From assembly GCA_964550715.1 (NCBI GenBank), contig CAZKAH010000007.1:13456-77455 (forward strand): a stretch of DNA of 64,000 bases, given 5' to 3'. This document shows, piece after piece, positions 18,174-31,203 of this stretch (positions within the stretch are counted from its first letter, which is position 1; each line of letters begins with the position of its first letter). Origin of the DNA: an uncultured Opitutaceae bacterium. Its GTDB lineage: Bacteria > Verrucomicrobiota > Verrucomicrobiia > Opitutales > Opitutaceae. Position numbers and translations under genes: made by a program. A model generated the notes under the pieces. The model ran no database searches, was not told the DNA's origin, and worked only from the letters and a program-made list of their open reading frames with translations.

Positions 18174-18776
18174 TCAGGCCGCCAGATAAGGCAGCCGGGC
18201 GGCCGCCGCCTTGACGGCGGGCGCGCCCTCCAGGAGCTCCCCTATGGGGTCCCAGCGGCCGTGGACCAGGGCCTCGTGCGCCGCGGGGCGGATCGAGGCC
18301 TTGACCTTCAGGGCGCCGCAGCGGATCTCCTGGCCGGCCACATCCACGGTGATCTCGACCGCGGGATTTGCCTCGATGGCCGCGGTGATCCGGGCGATGT
18401 CCTCGCGGCTGGCCGTCAGGCAGGGGATGCCCAGGGTCGTGCAGTTGCCGAAGAAGATCTCGGCGAAGCTCTCGGCCACCACGGCGCGGAAGCCGTACTT
18501 TGCGATCGCCTGGGGCGCGTGCTCGCGGGAGGAGCCGCAGCCGAAGTTCGCGCCGGAGAAGAGGACCGAAGCCCCGCGGAAGCGCGGCTCGTTCAGGACG
18601 TGGGGCTTGTCGGTGCCGTCCGGGTTCTTGCGGACGTCGTAGAAGAGGTACTCCCCCAGCCCGTCGAAGGTGACGCACTTCATGAAGCGCGCGGGGATGA
18701 TCCGGTCGGTGTCGATGTCGTTGCCGGCGACGGTGACGCCGCGGCCGGTCAGGGAGGTGATCTGGGCGAGGGCCAT
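18174..18776 (-). CDS. leuD: 3-isopropylmalate dehydratase small subunit
   Basis: MALAQITSLTGRGVTVAGNDIDTDRIIPARF typical of LeuD; start trimmed to ATG 18776 in ORF 18174..18998. Confidence 0.95.
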   Translation of the reverse strand: MALAQITSLTGRGVTVAGNDIDTDRIIPARFMKCVTFDGLGEYLFYDVRKNPDGTDKPHVLNEPRFRGASVLFSGANFGCGSSREHAPQAIAKYGFRAVVAESFAEIFFGNCTTLGIPCLTASREDIARITAAIEANPAVEITVDVAGQEIRCGALKVKASIRPAAHEALVHGRWDPIGELLEGAPAVKAAAARLPYLAA

Positions 18777-18787
18777 GGTAATGGGGA

Positions 18788-20200
18788 TCAGGAGGTTTGG
18801 AACACTTCGCGGGCGTCGGCCACCGCGCCGCTGACGGCGGCGGCTGCGACCATGACCGGGCTCATGAGGAGGGTCCGGCCGGTCGGGCTGCCCTGGCGGC
18901 CCTTGAAGTTGCGGTTGGAGGAGCTGGCGCAGAGCTGGTCCCCGATCAGCTTGTCGGGATTCATGGCCAGGCACATCGAGCAGCCGGCCTCGCGCCACTC
19001 GAACCCGGCGTCGCGGAAGACCTTGTCCAGGCCCAGCGACACGCAGAGGACCCCTACGCCCTGGGAACCGGGCACGGCGATGGCCTTGACCCCGGGCGCG
19101 ACCTTTCGGCCCTTGAGGTACTTGGCCACCTCCTGGAAATCGCTCAGCCGGCCGTTGGTGCAGGACCCGAGAAAGGCGACGTCGATCTTGGTGCCCTTGA
19201 TCGGGGCACCCGGCTTCAGCTTCATGTAGGCGAGGGCCTCGTCGATCGAGGATTTCTCGTCGGCGGTCTTCGCATGGGCGGGATCGGGGATCGTCTCGGT
19301 GATGGCGACACCCTGGCCGGGGTTGATGCCCCAGGTGACGGTCGGTGCGATGTCCTCGGCTGCGAGTTCGACGACGTCGTCGTAGCGGCAGCCGGGGTCG
19401 CTGGCCACGGCCTTCCAGCGCGCGACCGCGGCCTCCCAGGCGGCGCCCTTGGGCGAGTAGGGCCGGCCCTTGAGGTAGGCGAAGGTGGTCTCGTCGGGAT
19501 TGACGTAGCCCGCGCGGGCGCCGCCCTCGATCGACATGTTGCAGACGGTCATCCGCTCCTCCATGGTGAAGCGGTCGAAGACCTCGCCGCCGTACTCATA
19601 GGCGAAGCCTGTGCCGCCGTTGACCCCGAGGGTCCGGATGATGTGGAGGATGACGTCCTTGGCGTAGACGCCCGGCCGGAGGCGGCCGCGCACGTTGATC
19701 CGGCGCACCTTCAGGGGCGCCAGGGCCATGGTCTGGGTGGCCAGGACATCGCGGATCTGCGTCGTGCCGATGCCGAAGGCGATGGCGCCGAAGGCCCCGT
19801 GGGTGCTGGTGTGGGAGTCGCCGCAGGCGATGGTCGTGCCGGGCTGGGTGATCCCCTGCTCCGGGCCGACGATGTGGACGATGCCCTGCTTGCCGCTGGC
19901 GCGGTCGAAGAAGGTGATCCCGAAGTCGGCGCAGTTTTTGCGGAGCTCCTGCATCATCGCCTGGGCCAGGGGATCGCGGTAGGGCTCGGCAAACTGGTCG
20001 GTCGGGACGATGTGGTCGACGGTGGCGAAGGTGCGGTGGGGCATGGCCACCGGAAGGCCCAGGTCGCGCAGCATCCCGAAGGCCTGCGGGCTGGTCACCT
20101 CGTGGATCAGGTGGGTCCCGACGAGCAGCTGGGTCTGGCCGTCGGCCAGGCGCCGGACCGCGTGGGCCGCCCAGACTTTTTCAAAGAGGGATTGAGGCAT
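18788..20200 (-). CDS. leuC: 3-isopropylmalate dehydratase large subunit
   Basis: 470 aa aconitase-family protein; [24 protein letters not shown] and GSCTNGR Fe-S cluster motifs. Confidence 0.97.
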   Translation of the reverse strand: MPQSLFEKVWAAHAVRRLADGQTQLLVGTHLIHEVTSPQAFGMLRDLGLPVAMPHRTFATVDHIVPTDQFAEPYRDPLAQAMMQELRKNCADFGITFFDRASGKQGIVHIVGPEQGITQPGTTIACGDSHTSTHGAFGAIAFGIGTTQIRDVLATQTMALAPLKVRRINVRGRLRPGVYAKDVILHIIRTLGVNGGTGFAYEYGGEVFDRFTMEERMTVCNMSIEGGARAGYVNPDETTFAYLKGRPYSPKGAAWEAAVARWKAVASDPGCRYDDVVELAAEDIAPTVTWGINPGQGVAITETIPDPAHAKTADEKSSIDEALAYMKLKPGAPIKGTKIDVAFLGSCTNGRLSDFQEVAKYLKGRKVAPGVKAIAVPGSQGVGVLCVSLGLDKVFRDAGFEWREAGCSMCLAMNPDKLIGDQLCASSSNRNFKGRQGSPTGRTLLMSPVMVAAAAVSGAVADAREVFQTS

Positions 20201-21146
20201 GGGCCGACTATAGCATGGACTTGTGTTGCCTGGAAAATACTTATTTATCCTTCAGCGATGCCCAGGGAGTATCAATTCCCGTTCGAGCTGCGGCACCTCG
20301 TGTACTTCCGCGAGGTGGCCCGGCAGCTGCATTTCCGCCGGGCGGCCGAGGCCCTGGCCGTGGCCCAGCCCGCGCTCAGCCGCCAGATCTCGCAGCTGGA
20401 GAAGGCCTTGGGCACCCCGCTTTTCACCCGCTCCAGCCGGCGGGTCGACCTGACCCCGGCCGGCCGCACGCTGGCCCGGGAGATCGAGCCGCTGCTGCAG
20501 GCCCTGGCCGCGGTCCCGGCGCACCTGCGGGCCGTGGCGGAGGGGCGGGTCGGCCGGGTGCGGGTCGCGTTCACCGGCCTCGCGATGGCGACCGTCCTGC
20601 CGCGGATCCTGCGCGAATTCCACCGGCGGCACCCGGGGATCCGGGTCGAGCTGAACGAGTCGCCCACCTCGGCGCAGCTGGCCGCGCTGCAGGCGGGCGA
20701 CCTGGCCTGCGGCTTCTTCCATCCCGACGCGCCGACCCCGGCGCTGCGCGTGCACACCCTCCTGCACGAGCGAAACGGCGTCCTCCTGCCGGCGGACCAT
20801 CCCCTCGCCCGCCGCCCCTGGCTGCGGCTGCGCGACCTCGCCGCCACGCCCTTCATCCTCTTTCCCCGGAGCCACAATCCCGGCTTTTACGACCGGGTCC
20901 TGGCCGCCTTCGCCCGGGCCGGCGTGGCCCCGCAGGTCGCCGAGGAGGTCTGGCCCCGGGCGAATGGCGTCGGGCTGGTGCGGGCCGGCATGGGCGCGAC
21001 CTTCATGGCGCCCTCCGAGGCGCGAAACCTGCCGCGGGAGGTGGTCTTCCGGCCCCTGCGCGGGGCCGCGCCGGAGAGCCGGCTGGTCCTGGGCTGGCGC
21101 AAGACGGCCGAGCCGGACCCGGTCCTGCAGGCCTTCCTCGCGGTGG

Positions 21147-23672
<2,526 letters not shown>

Positions 23673-23685
23673 GGGAAAGGGAGTG

Positions 23686-24792
23686 CTAGTTTTTGCCTTC
23701 GGCCGGCTTGCCCTTGGCGGCATCCAGGAAATCCGGCCGGGCCAAATTGGCAAACTCAGAACGCAGGCGGGCCGCCCGCAGGAGGTCCCGCTGACCCGCC
23801 TCGAGCGGCCCCTGCTGGGCGTGCTGGAGGTGGCCGGGCTGGGCCTCGATGAAGAGGCGGTCGATCACCGGGCGGTGGGCGTCGGGGAAGGCGCCGAGGT
23901 CCACGCCCAGGCGGATGAGGGAGAGGAGGTTCATGGCCTCGCCGGAGCTGATCACGTGGCCGTTCTGCAGGATCCCGTAGGCGCGGCCGATCTTGTCGAA
24001 GACCTTGCCGGCGTCGGCCTCGAGCAGCTTGCCGCGGGCGTTGACCTCGTGCTCGACGATCGACTGCAGGACGCTCTGCAGGCGCTTGATGATCTCCTCC
24101 TCGGTCTCCCCGAGGGTGGTCTGGTTGGAGATCTGGAAGATGCTGCCGCTCGCGTCGGAGCCCTCGCCGAAGAGGCCGCGGACGACCATCCCGAGCTGGT
24201 TGACCGCGCGGACGACCTTCTCCATCTGGCCCCCGATGACCAGGGCCGGCAGGTGCATCATGGCCGAGGCGCGCAGGCCCGTGCCGAGGTTGGTCGGGCA
24301 GGCGGTCAGGTAGCCGAGGGTCGGCGAATAGGCGAAGTCCAGGCGCTGCTCCAGGGCCGAGTCGAGGTCGTCGATCGCGTTCCAGGCCTTCTTCAGCTGC
24401 AGGCCGGAGCGCAGCACCTGGATGCGCAGGTGGTCCTCCTCGTTGATCATGACCGAGACGGTCTGGTCGCGGTTGATGACGACGCCGCTGCCGGGCTCCG
24501 AGCCGCTCAGCTCGCGGCTGATCAGGTGGCGCTCGACCAGGATCTGCTTCTCCAGGTCGCTCAGCTCGTTCACCGCCACGCTGACGCTGCGCTTCATCGC
24601 CGCGGCCTCGACCAGGGCGTCGCGGCACAGCTGCAGCACCTCCGCGCGCTGCGCGGGGCGGGCCCAGCCCGGGAAGGGCCGGCCGGCCAGGTTGCGGGCC
24701 AGCCGGACGCGCGTCATCAGGACGATCGCGGTCTTGCTGCTCGCGCTGTCGGTCAGCTCCGAGGGGGTGTCGATGAGGGAGGAGATGTTCAT
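23686..24792 (-). CDS. mcsB: protein arginine kinase (ATP:guanido phosphotransferase)
   Basis: Guanidino-kinase signature YLTACPTNLGTGLRASAMMHLPAL; 368 aa; between mcsA-like and clpC genes. Confidence 0.92.
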   Translation of the reverse strand: MNISSLIDTPSELTDSASSKTAIVLMTRVRLARNLAGRPFPGWARPAQRAEVLQLCRDALVEAAAMKRSVSVAVNELSDLEKQILVERHLISRELSGSEPGSGVVINRDQTVSVMINEEDHLRIQVLRSGLQLKKAWNAIDDLDSALEQRLDFAYSPTLGYLTACPTNLGTGLRASAMMHLPALVIGGQMEKVVRAVNQLGMVVRGLFGEGSDASGSIFQISNQTTLGETEEEIIKRLQSVLQSIVEHEVNARGKLLEADAGKVFDKIGRAYGILQNGHVISSGEAMNLLSLIRLGVDLGAFPDAHRPVIDRLFIEAQPGHLQHAQQGPLEAGQRDLLRAARLRSEFANLARPDFLDAAKGKPAEGKN

Positions 24793-24796
24793 GGGC

Positions 24797-25303
24797 TCAG
24801 GCCGAGGGCTTGGGCGCGAAGGCCTGCTTCACCTGGCTGATCTCGTCGCGGAACCGGGCCGCCTCCTCGTACCGCTCGGACTTGATCGCATCGGTCAGGT
24901 CGAGCTCGAGCTTGGTCAGCCGGTCGTAGAGGGACTTGCGCTCCAGCGCCGCGCGCGGGACCTTGCCGGAGTGCCGGGTCCCCTTGTGCATGCCGTCGAG
25001 CATCGGCTCGAGCATGAGCGCGAAGGCGTCATAGCAGGCCGGGCAGCCGAAGCGCCCGTGCTTCTTGAAATCGGCCTGGGTGAAGCCGCACTGCTCGCAG
25101 CGCACGCCCGGGCCGGCGGCCTCGGCCTTGGGGGATGTCTCGAGCAGGAGGTCGCTCAGGGAAAAGCCGCTCGGATTGGTCACGCCCTTCGCCTGCGCGC
25201 AATCCTCGCACAGGTCCACGTTATGCACCTTGTTGCTGACGATTTTCGTCAGGTGCACCGTGGCGGGCTTGGAGCAGAAATTGCAGGTTAAGGGTTTGGC
25301 CAT
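24797..25303 (-). CDS. mcsA: UvrB/UvrC-motif zinc-finger protein, McsA-like activator of McsB
   Basis: Two CxxC...CxxC pairs (CNFCSKP...CEDCA; CEQCGF...CPACY) and UVR motif ERYEEAARFRDEI; 4-nt spacer to mcsB. Confidence 0.85.
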   Translation of the reverse strand: MAKPLTCNFCSKPATVHLTKIVSNKVHNVDLCEDCAQAKGVTNPSGFSLSDLLLETSPKAEAAGPGVRCEQCGFTQADFKKHGRFGCPACYDAFALMLEPMLDGMHKGTRHSGKVPRAALERKSLYDRLTKLELDLTDAIKSERYEEAARFRDEISQVKQAFAPKPSA

Positions 25304-25456
25304 GGAGATCGCGCTTATGCCTATGCACTTAATGTGCCACGGCTCCCGCCCCTTGCAAGCGCCCGAGCGCAGGTTGCCAGGAGCGACATCACGGCACGAT
25401 CAGGCGCTTCCAGAGGGAAATCGTGACACAGGGGCAAAACTTGAGCCCGGACGGAG

Positions 25457-25497
25457 GAAAAGGCTCCCCGGGCCGTCCGGACGCCCATCCCCGGGGC
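25457..25497 (-). terminator. weak candidate intrinsic terminator after ilvE
   Basis: Minus-strand GCCCCGGGG...CCCGGGGAGCCUUUUCC: 7-bp GC stem (25466-25472 with 25490-25496), inner CGTCCGGACG palindrome, only four U residues. Confidence 0.3.
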
Positions 25498-25506
25498 ATT
25501 TTGGGG

Positions 25507-26373
25507 TCAAATCCGGACCCCTTCAAGGGGGGCCCGGCGCCGGAAGGCCTCCGCCACCCGGTGGGTGACCGGCCCGGGCTTGCCGGTGCCGATCTCGCGG
25601 CCGTCCAGCCGGACGACCGGGATGACCTCGGCACCCGTGCCGGTGAGGAAGCACTCGTCCGCGCACCAGATGTCATAGCGCGTGAGCTCGGCCTCGCGGG
25701 GCTGGAGCCCGAGTTCGCGGGCGATGTCGATCACCGCGCCGCGGGTGATCCCCTGGAGGGCCCCGTGGGTGGCCGCGGGCGTCAGGAGCTCGCCTTTGCG
25801 GCAGATGAAGACGTTGTCGGCGGTGCACTCGGCCACGTAGCCCTGGTCGTTGAGCATGATGGCCTCGAGGGCCCCCGCCTGCTTGGCCTCGATCTTGGCC
25901 ATGATATTGTTGAGGTAGTTGAGCGACTTGACCGTCGCCGGCAGCGCCCCGGGGCCGACCCGGCGCGTGGCCACGGTCACGATCGCGAGGCCGTTCTCGT
26001 AGTGCTCCGCGGGGTAGAGGGAGATCCGGCTGGCGATGATGAAGAGCGTCGGCTTGGCGCAGAGCCAGGGGGCGAGCCCAAGGTCGCCGGGGCCCCGCGT
26101 CACGACCAGGCGGATGTAGGCATCCTGCAGGCTGTTCCGCCGGCAGGTTTCCGCCACGGCCTCGCCCAGCTCCTTCCGGTTGAGCGGCAGCTGGAGCATG
26201 ATCGCCTTGGCCGAGAACTCCAGGCGCTCCAGATGCTCCTCCAGCCTGAAGAGATTGCCGGCATAGAGCCGGATGCCCTCGAAGACCCCGTCGCCGTAAA
26301 GCAGTCCGTGGTCGAAGACCGAGACCTTGGCGTCGGCCTCGTCGACGAACTTCCCATCGAGGTAAATCTTCAT
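25507..26373 (-). CDS. ilvE: branched-chain amino acid aminotransferase (PLP fold type IV)
   Basis: MKIYLDGKFVDEADAKVSVFDHGLLYGDGVFEGIR, VKSLNYLNNI; start trimmed to ATG 26373; D-amino-acid aminotransferase not fully excluded. Confidence 0.85.
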   Translation of the reverse strand: MKIYLDGKFVDEADAKVSVFDHGLLYGDGVFEGIRLYAGNLFRLEEHLERLEFSAKAIMLQLPLNRKELGEAVAETCRRNSLQDAYIRLVVTRGPGDLGLAPWLCAKPTLFIIASRISLYPAEHYENGLAIVTVATRRVGPGALPATVKSLNYLNNIMAKIEAKQAGALEAIMLNDQGYVAECTADNVFICRKGELLTPAATHGALQGITRGAVIDIARELGLQPREAELTRYDIWCADECFLTGTGAEVIPVVRLDGREIGTGKPGPVTHRVAEAFRRRAPLEGVRI

Positions 26374-26471
26374 GTGCCAAAAGCTAAAGTGCAAAAATTG
26401 CGGGCTGAAAGCCTAATCCCGCCGCAAAGGCTGGAACCATGCGGGTTTTTCACCTACAACGGCTGCCAACC

Positions 26472-28166
26472 ATGACTTCCGCCTCCGCCTCGCCCGGCAC
26501 CCCCGTCACGTATGTGATCGGGCACCGGAATCCTGATGCCGACGCCATCTGCTCGGCCATCGCCTACGCGGCCTACAAGCAGGCGCGGGGGGAGACCGGC
26601 TTCGTGGCCGCGCGCTGCGGCAATTCCAACGCCCGGATCGACACGATCCTGGGGCGCTTCCGCCAGCCGCTGCCCCTCTACCTGAGCGACGTGGCGCCCC
26701 GGGTGCGCGACCTCATGGCGCCGGACGTGACCGCGGTCCGGGAGGAGGCCACCTGCGCCGAGGCCCTGGAGCTGATCGATCGCGAGGACCTGCGGATGCT
26801 CCCGGTGACCGACGTGTTCGGCTGCCCGGTCGGCACCCTGTCCCTCTCCCACCTGGGCGGCGCCTTCATCCCGCGGGCCAGCGCCCCCCTGCAGATGCGG
26901 CAGGTCGACACTTCCCTGACCCACGTGGTCCGGGCCCTCAAGGCCCGGGCGCTGCACCTCGCGAACGGGGAGCGCCGGGAGCGGCTTTATGTCCGCCTCG
27001 GCACGATGGACATCCGCTCCTTTTGGAAGATCTCGGAGCGGGAGAACATCCCGGCGGAGCAGTCCCTCATCATCGTCGGGGACCGGCGCGACGTGCAGCT
27101 CCGGGCGATCGAGATCGGCGTCCGCGCAATTGTCATCACGAGCAACCTGCCGGTGGATGACGACGTGGTCGCGCGGGCCAAGGAACGCGGCACCGGCCTC
27201 ATCGTCAGTCCCTACGACTCCGCCACCACGGCCTGGGTCGTCCGGACGGCCTCGACCATCGAGCGGAGCATCGAGCGCACCTTCGTGCCGCTCCACCCCG
27301 ACGCGCGGATCTCCGATGTGCGGCGGCGGATCGCGACCCACCCGGCCCCCGCCTTCATGGTCGTGGACGACGCCGGCCTCCTGCGGGGCGTCCTCGCCAA
27401 GAGCGATATGCTCCGCCCGGTGCCGACCCGCCTCTGCCTTGTCGACCACAACGAGGTCACCCAGGCGGTGAGCGGCGCGGAGGAGGTCACGATCAGCGAG
27501 ATCATCGACCACCACCGCCTCGGGGCGCTGCACACCGCGCAGCCGATCCTCTTCCTCAACGAGCCGGTCGGCTCGACCTGCACGATCGTCGCCGGCCTCT
27601 TTCGCCGCGACGGCCTGGTCCCCTCCCCCGCGGTCGCCGGCCTGATGATGTCCGGGCTGATCTCGGACACCCTGCACCTCAACAGCCCGACCACGACTCA
27701 CAAGGATGCGGAGATCCTCGCCTGGCTCGCGCCGCTCGCTGGGGAGGACCCGCGGCAGCTTGCCGACGCCATCTTCTCCTCCGGCTCCATCATCGTGACC
27801 AACTCGCCGGAGAAGGTCATCCGCACCGACTACAAGATATATGAGGAGGGGGCCGTGCGCTTCGCCGTCTCGCAAGTCGAGGAGCTGAGCTTCGTCAACT
27901 TCTGGCAGCAGGCCAAGCCGCTCGGCCTGGCGCTGGAGGAGTTGCGGACCGCGGAGCGGCTGGCCTTCGCGACCCTGCTCGTCACGGACATCAACACCCA
28001 GAATTCACTCCTGATGGTCCGGGGGGACGCGGAACTCATCCGGCGCATTTCCTACGCCCATGTGGAAAAGGACGAGATCTTCGACCTCCCCGGCATTGTC
28101 AGCCGCAAGAAGCAGCTCATCCCCTACCTCTCCAGCCTGCTGAAGGAAATGCCCTCGCCGCCCTAG
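26472..28166 (+). CDS. ppaC: CBS-domain-containing family II inorganic pyrophosphatase (DHH-CBS-DRTGG-DHHA2)
   Basis: VIGHRNPDADAICSAIAYA, VDHNE, IIDHHRLG DHH motifs; CBS pair and DRTGG-like IIVGDRRDVQLRAIEIGVRAIVITSN inserted; DHHA2 C-terminus; start ATG 26472. Confidence 0.9.
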   Translation: MTSASASPGTPVTYVIGHRNPDADAICSAIAYAAYKQARGETGFVAARCGNSNARIDTILGRFRQPLPLYLSDVAPRVRDLMAPDVTAVREEATCAEALELIDREDLRMLPVTDVFGCPVGTLSLSHLGGAFIPRASAPLQMRQVDTSLTHVVRALKARALHLANGERRERLYVRLGTMDIRSFWKISERENIPAEQSLIIVGDRRDVQLRAIEIGVRAIVITSNLPVDDDVVARAKERGTGLIVSPYDSATTAWVVRTASTIERSIERTFVPLHPDARISDVRRRIATHPAPAFMVVDDAGLLRGVLAKSDMLRPVPTRLCLVDHNEVTQAVSGAEEVTISEIIDHHRLGALHTAQPILFLNEPVGSTCTIVAGLFRRDGLVPSPAVAGLMMSGLISDTLHLNSPTTTHKDAEILAWLAPLAGEDPRQLADAIFSSGSIIVTNSPEKVIRTDYKIYEEGAVRFAVSQVEELSFVNFWQQAKPLGLALEELRTAERLAFATLLVTDINTQNSLLMVRGDAELIRRISYAHVEKDEIFDLPGIVSRKKQLIPYLSSLLKEMPSPP

Positions 28167-29560
28167 ATGTGGATCGCCTCGCCGGTGGTGGCGGCGGCGG
28201 CCTCGGCCAGGGCCTCGGTCAGTGTCGGATGGGCGTGGATCGCGTGATGGATTTCGTCGATCGTCCCCTCCATCTCCACCGCGAGGACGTACTCGGCGAT
28301 CAGCTCGGTCGCCTCGGCGCCGATGATGTGGACGCCCAGGATCTCGCCGGATTTGGGATCGCTCAGGACCTTGACGAAGCCTTCGGTCTCGGCGGAGGCG
28401 ACGGCCTTGCCCGAGGCCGTGAAGGGAAACTTGCCGACCTTGTAGACGATGCCCTTTTCCTTGAGGGCTTTCTCCGTGAGGCCGGTGCTGGCAACCTGGG
28501 GCTGGCAGTAGGTGCAGCCGGGAAAATTCTTCACCCGGTGGGGGGGGCTGGCGCCGAACATGCCGTTGACGGCGTTGACCGCCTCGAAGGTGGCGACGTG
28601 CGCCAGCCACGGCGGGCCGATGATGTCGCCGGCGGCGTAGACGCCCTTGGCGCTGGTCTGGTAGTCGTCGCCGACCTTCAGGTAGTTGCGGTCGAGTTCG
28701 AGCTTCAGCTTGGGTGAAAGGGCGCCCTCGAGGTTCGGGACGACCCCGATCGCGGAGAGGACCGTCTCGGCCTCGATTTCCGTGCTCTTGCCGTCCTTCA
28801 CCAGGTTGAGCTTCACCGATGTCGGGCCGACCCGAAAATCCTCGCACTTGGTGGCGGTGTGGACGGCAATCCCCTGCTTCTCGAACGCGCGCTGCAGGAC
28901 CTTGGCGATCTCCTCGTCCTCGACGGGGAGAATCTGGGGCAGCATCTCGACCAGGGTCACCTTTGTCCCGAAGGCGTTGTAGAAGTAGGCAAACTCGGCG
29001 CCGATCGCCCCGGCTCCGACGATGACGATCGACTTGGGCAGCGTCGTGTTGGCGAGCGCCTCGCGCGAGGTCATGACCCGGGCCCCATCGACCTCCAGCC
29101 CCGGCAGCCGTCGCATCTTGCAGCCGGTGGCGATAAGGATGTTCTTGGCGGCGAAGAACTTGCCCTTCCCCGGCCCATCCGTGACCTCGACCATGCCGGG
29201 AACGGTCACCTGGGCGCGGCCAACGACGTAGTCGACCTTGTTCTTCTTGAAGAGGAACTCGATGCCCTTGGCCATCTGGTCGGAGACCCCGCGGGAGCGC
29301 GACATCACCTTGGCAAAATCGAAGGAGATGTCCTTGGCCGCGAGGCCGAAGGTCTCGAGCTTCTTCAGCTTCTGGTAGAGCTCCGCGCTCTTCAGCAGCG
29401 CCTTGGTCGGGATGCAGCCCCAGTTGAGGCAGGTGCCGCCGGCGCGCTCGGCCTCGATGCAGGCCACCTTCCTGCCCAGCTGGCCGGCGCGGATCGCGCC
29501 CGCGTAGCCCGCAGGCCCGCCGCCAATTACAATGAGGTCGTATGCTTGGGTCTCAGCCAT
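28163..29560 (-). CDS. lpdA: dihydrolipoyl dehydrogenase
   Basis: FAD motif DLIVIGGGPAGYAGA, redox disulfide GGTCLNWGCIPTK, C-terminal HAHPTLTE. Confidence 0.95.
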   Translation of the reverse strand: MAETQAYDLIVIGGGPAGYAGAIRAGQLGRKVACIEAERAGGTCLNWGCIPTKALLKSAELYQKLKKLETFGLAAKDISFDFAKVMSRSRGVSDQMAKGIEFLFKKNKVDYVVGRAQVTVPGMVEVTDGPGKGKFFAAKNILIATGCKMRRLPGLEVDGARVMTSREALANTTLPKSIVIVGAGAIGAEFAYFYNAFGTKVTLVEMLPQILPVEDEEIAKVLQRAFEKQGIAVHTATKCEDFRVGPTSVKLNLVKDGKSTEIEAETVLSAIGVVPNLEGALSPKLKLELDRNYLKVGDDYQTSAKGVYAAGDIIGPPWLAHVATFEAVNAVNGMFGASPPHRVKNFPGCTYCQPQVASTGLTEKALKEKGIVYKVGKFPFTASGKAVASAETEGFVKVLSDPKSGEILGVHIIGAEATELIAEYVLAVEMEGTIDEIHHAIHAHPTLTEALAEAAAATTGEAIHI

Positions 29561-29594
29561 GTCTGGAAAAACTTAGATTAACGGGGGTGGGCGG

Positions 29595-30020
29595 TCAAAT
29601 ATCGATCGCGTCGTCCCGCGCCTCGCGGCGTCCGGGGGATCCGCCGGGCGGCCCGGGCGGCGGCGGCGTTCCCCGCGTCATCCGGTTCAGGATGAGGTTC
29701 GTGAGGCTGATCACGAGGGCGCCGCCGATCGCGGAGCCGAAGCTGGCGACGTGAAAGCCGTCGACCAGCCGGCCGGCGAGGAGGAACAACAAGGCATTGA
29801 TCACGACCATGCCCAGCCCTAGGGTCAGAAGGATGAACGGCAGCGTAAAGAGCACGAGCACGGGCTTCAGGATCGCGTTGAACAGGCTGAGCAGCAGCAC
29901 CACGGCGACCAGCGTGCCGCCGTCGTCGCACCGGATGCCCGGGATGAGGCGGGTGGCGAGGACCACGCCCAGCGCGAGGACCAGCCAGCGGAGCAGCAGT
30001 TGATTGAATGACGAACGCAT
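29595..30020 (-). CDS. 4-TM membrane protein of the phage holin family IV / DUF360 type
   Basis: 141 aa from ATG 30020: LLRWLVLALGVVLATRLIPGI...LFNAILKPVLVLFTLPFILLTLGLGMVVINALLF...FGSAIGGALVISLTNL; Pro/Gly-rich tail. Confidence 0.7.
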   Translation of the reverse strand: MRSSFNQLLLRWLVLALGVVLATRLIPGIRCDDGGTLVAVVLLLSLFNAILKPVLVLFTLPFILLTLGLGMVVINALLFLLAGRLVDGFHVASFGSAIGGALVISLTNLILNRMTRGTPPPPGPPGGSPGRREARDDAIDI

Positions 30021-30057
30021 TCCTCCGCTCACTTTCGTCCCGCTCCCGCCCCGCGCA

Positions 30058-31149
30058 ATGAAAATACTCGTGCTCCAGGACCGGCTGCGCAGCGGCGGGA
30101 CGGAGCGGCAATCGATCCTGCTCACGCGGGCTTTCGCCGCCGCCGGGCAAGCGGCCGCCCTCCGCACCTTCCGGCCGGGCGGCGCGCTCGCGGCGACCGC
30201 CGCCGGCCTGGATGTCCGCGCGCTGCAGCCGTTTGATTTCGGCCTGGACTGGGCCGCCCCCGGCCTGCGCCGGGAGGTCCGCCGGTTCGGGCCCGACGTC
30301 ATCCTGACGATGGGCCGGATGGCCAACTGCCACGCCGACGGCCTGGCCCGGCACGTGCCCGGGGCGTCGGTGGTCGCCACGCTGCGCACGGGCAAGCCCC
30401 TGCCCTGGCTTTACCGGCGGGGGCTCCGGAGCGCCCGGCACGTCGTGGCCAACTGCCGCGAAGCGCGGGACACCGCGGTGGCGCGGCATGGCGTGGCGGC
30501 GGAACAGGCCACGGTCATCTACAACGCGCTCGTTTTCCCGCCCTTGGGCGCGGGTCCACGCGACGAGGCCCTGCGCGGCCGGCTGGGGGCCGGCCCGGCC
30601 ACCACCGTGCTGCTGTGCGTCGCCATGTTCCGGCCCGAGAAGAACCAGCGCGAGTTGGTGGAGATTGCGGCCGGCCTGCCCGCCGGGCTCGACTGGCAGC
30701 TATGGCTGGCCGGCGACGGGCCGGCGCGGGCCGCCTGCGAGCGCCTGGTGGCGAGCCGGGGACTCGGCGCCCGGGTGAAGTTTCCCGGGTTCTATCCCGA
30801 CCCCGGTCCGCTCTACGCCTCGGCCGACTTGGCCGTGCACGCCTCCTGGAGCGAGTCCCTCTCCAACTTCCTCATCGAGGCCCAGGCGCGAGGCCTGCCC
30901 TGTGTCGCGGCGGAGGCCCAGGGGGTCCGGGAGTGTTTCCTGCCCGACCGCACCGGCATCGTCGTGGCCCGCGGCGACCACCCGGCCTTCCGCGCCGCGC
31001 TGGCCCGGCTGATCGGCGAACCGGCCGACGCCCGCGCGGCCCGGGCCGCCGAGGCCCGCGCCTACGCCCGCGCCACCTTCGATCCCGCCCGCCAGGTCGC
31101 GGCCTATCTCGATCTCTTCGAGCGGCTGCGCGGGGGCAATGCCGGCTAG
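30058..31149 (+). CDS. glycosyltransferase, GT-B fold (family 4-like)
   Basis: MKILVLQDRLRSGGTERQSILL N-terminus and C-terminal ESLSNFLIEAQARGLPCVA (E-x7-E-like) motif; start ATG 30058. Confidence 0.85.
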   Translation: MKILVLQDRLRSGGTERQSILLTRAFAAAGQAAALRTFRPGGALAATAAGLDVRALQPFDFGLDWAAPGLRREVRRFGPDVILTMGRMANCHADGLARHVPGASVVATLRTGKPLPWLYRRGLRSARHVVANCREARDTAVARHGVAAEQATVIYNALVFPPLGAGPRDEALRGRLGAGPATTVLLCVAMFRPEKNQRELVEIAAGLPAGLDWQLWLAGDGPARAACERLVASRGLGARVKFPGFYPDPGPLYASADLAVHASWSESLSNFLIEAQARGLPCVAAEAQGVRECFLPDRTGIVVARGDHPAFRAALARLIGEPADARAARAAEARAYARATFDPARQVAAYLDLFERLRGGNAG

Positions 31150-31203
31150 GGCGTTCGGCAAGGCAGTTTTGACTTCCGAGCGACCCCGTTCATCGGTGCA
31201 TCC

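Noticed and set aside
20201-20257. LysR-type T-N11-A box in the leuC/LysR divergent spacer
   Set aside because: The AT-rich spacer (ATACTTATTTAT) contains several trivial T-N11-A matches but no clear dyad, so I cannot support a specific site.
25330-25358. TTGCAA-N17/18-ACATTA/CATTAA as the mcsA promoter
   Set aside because: The -10 match is poor (3 of 6 at best), and the promoter consensus for this lineage is unknown to me. I did not report it as a feature.
28163-28166. Convergent genes sharing a palindromic CTAG as both stop codons (ppaC/lpdA here; tyrS and the partial gene at 63764-63767)
   Set aside because: It is seen twice, but it is a simple consequence of TAG being self-complementary within CTAG in a compact genome. 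There is no evidence of function.
29595-30020. Phage holin family IV / DUF360-type membrane protein as a hint of a prophage or lysis cassette
   Set aside because: There is no endolysin, spanin, capsid, terminase or integrase nearby. The flanking genes are lpdA and a glycosyltransferase. This family is widespread as a chromosomal housekeeping membrane protein.
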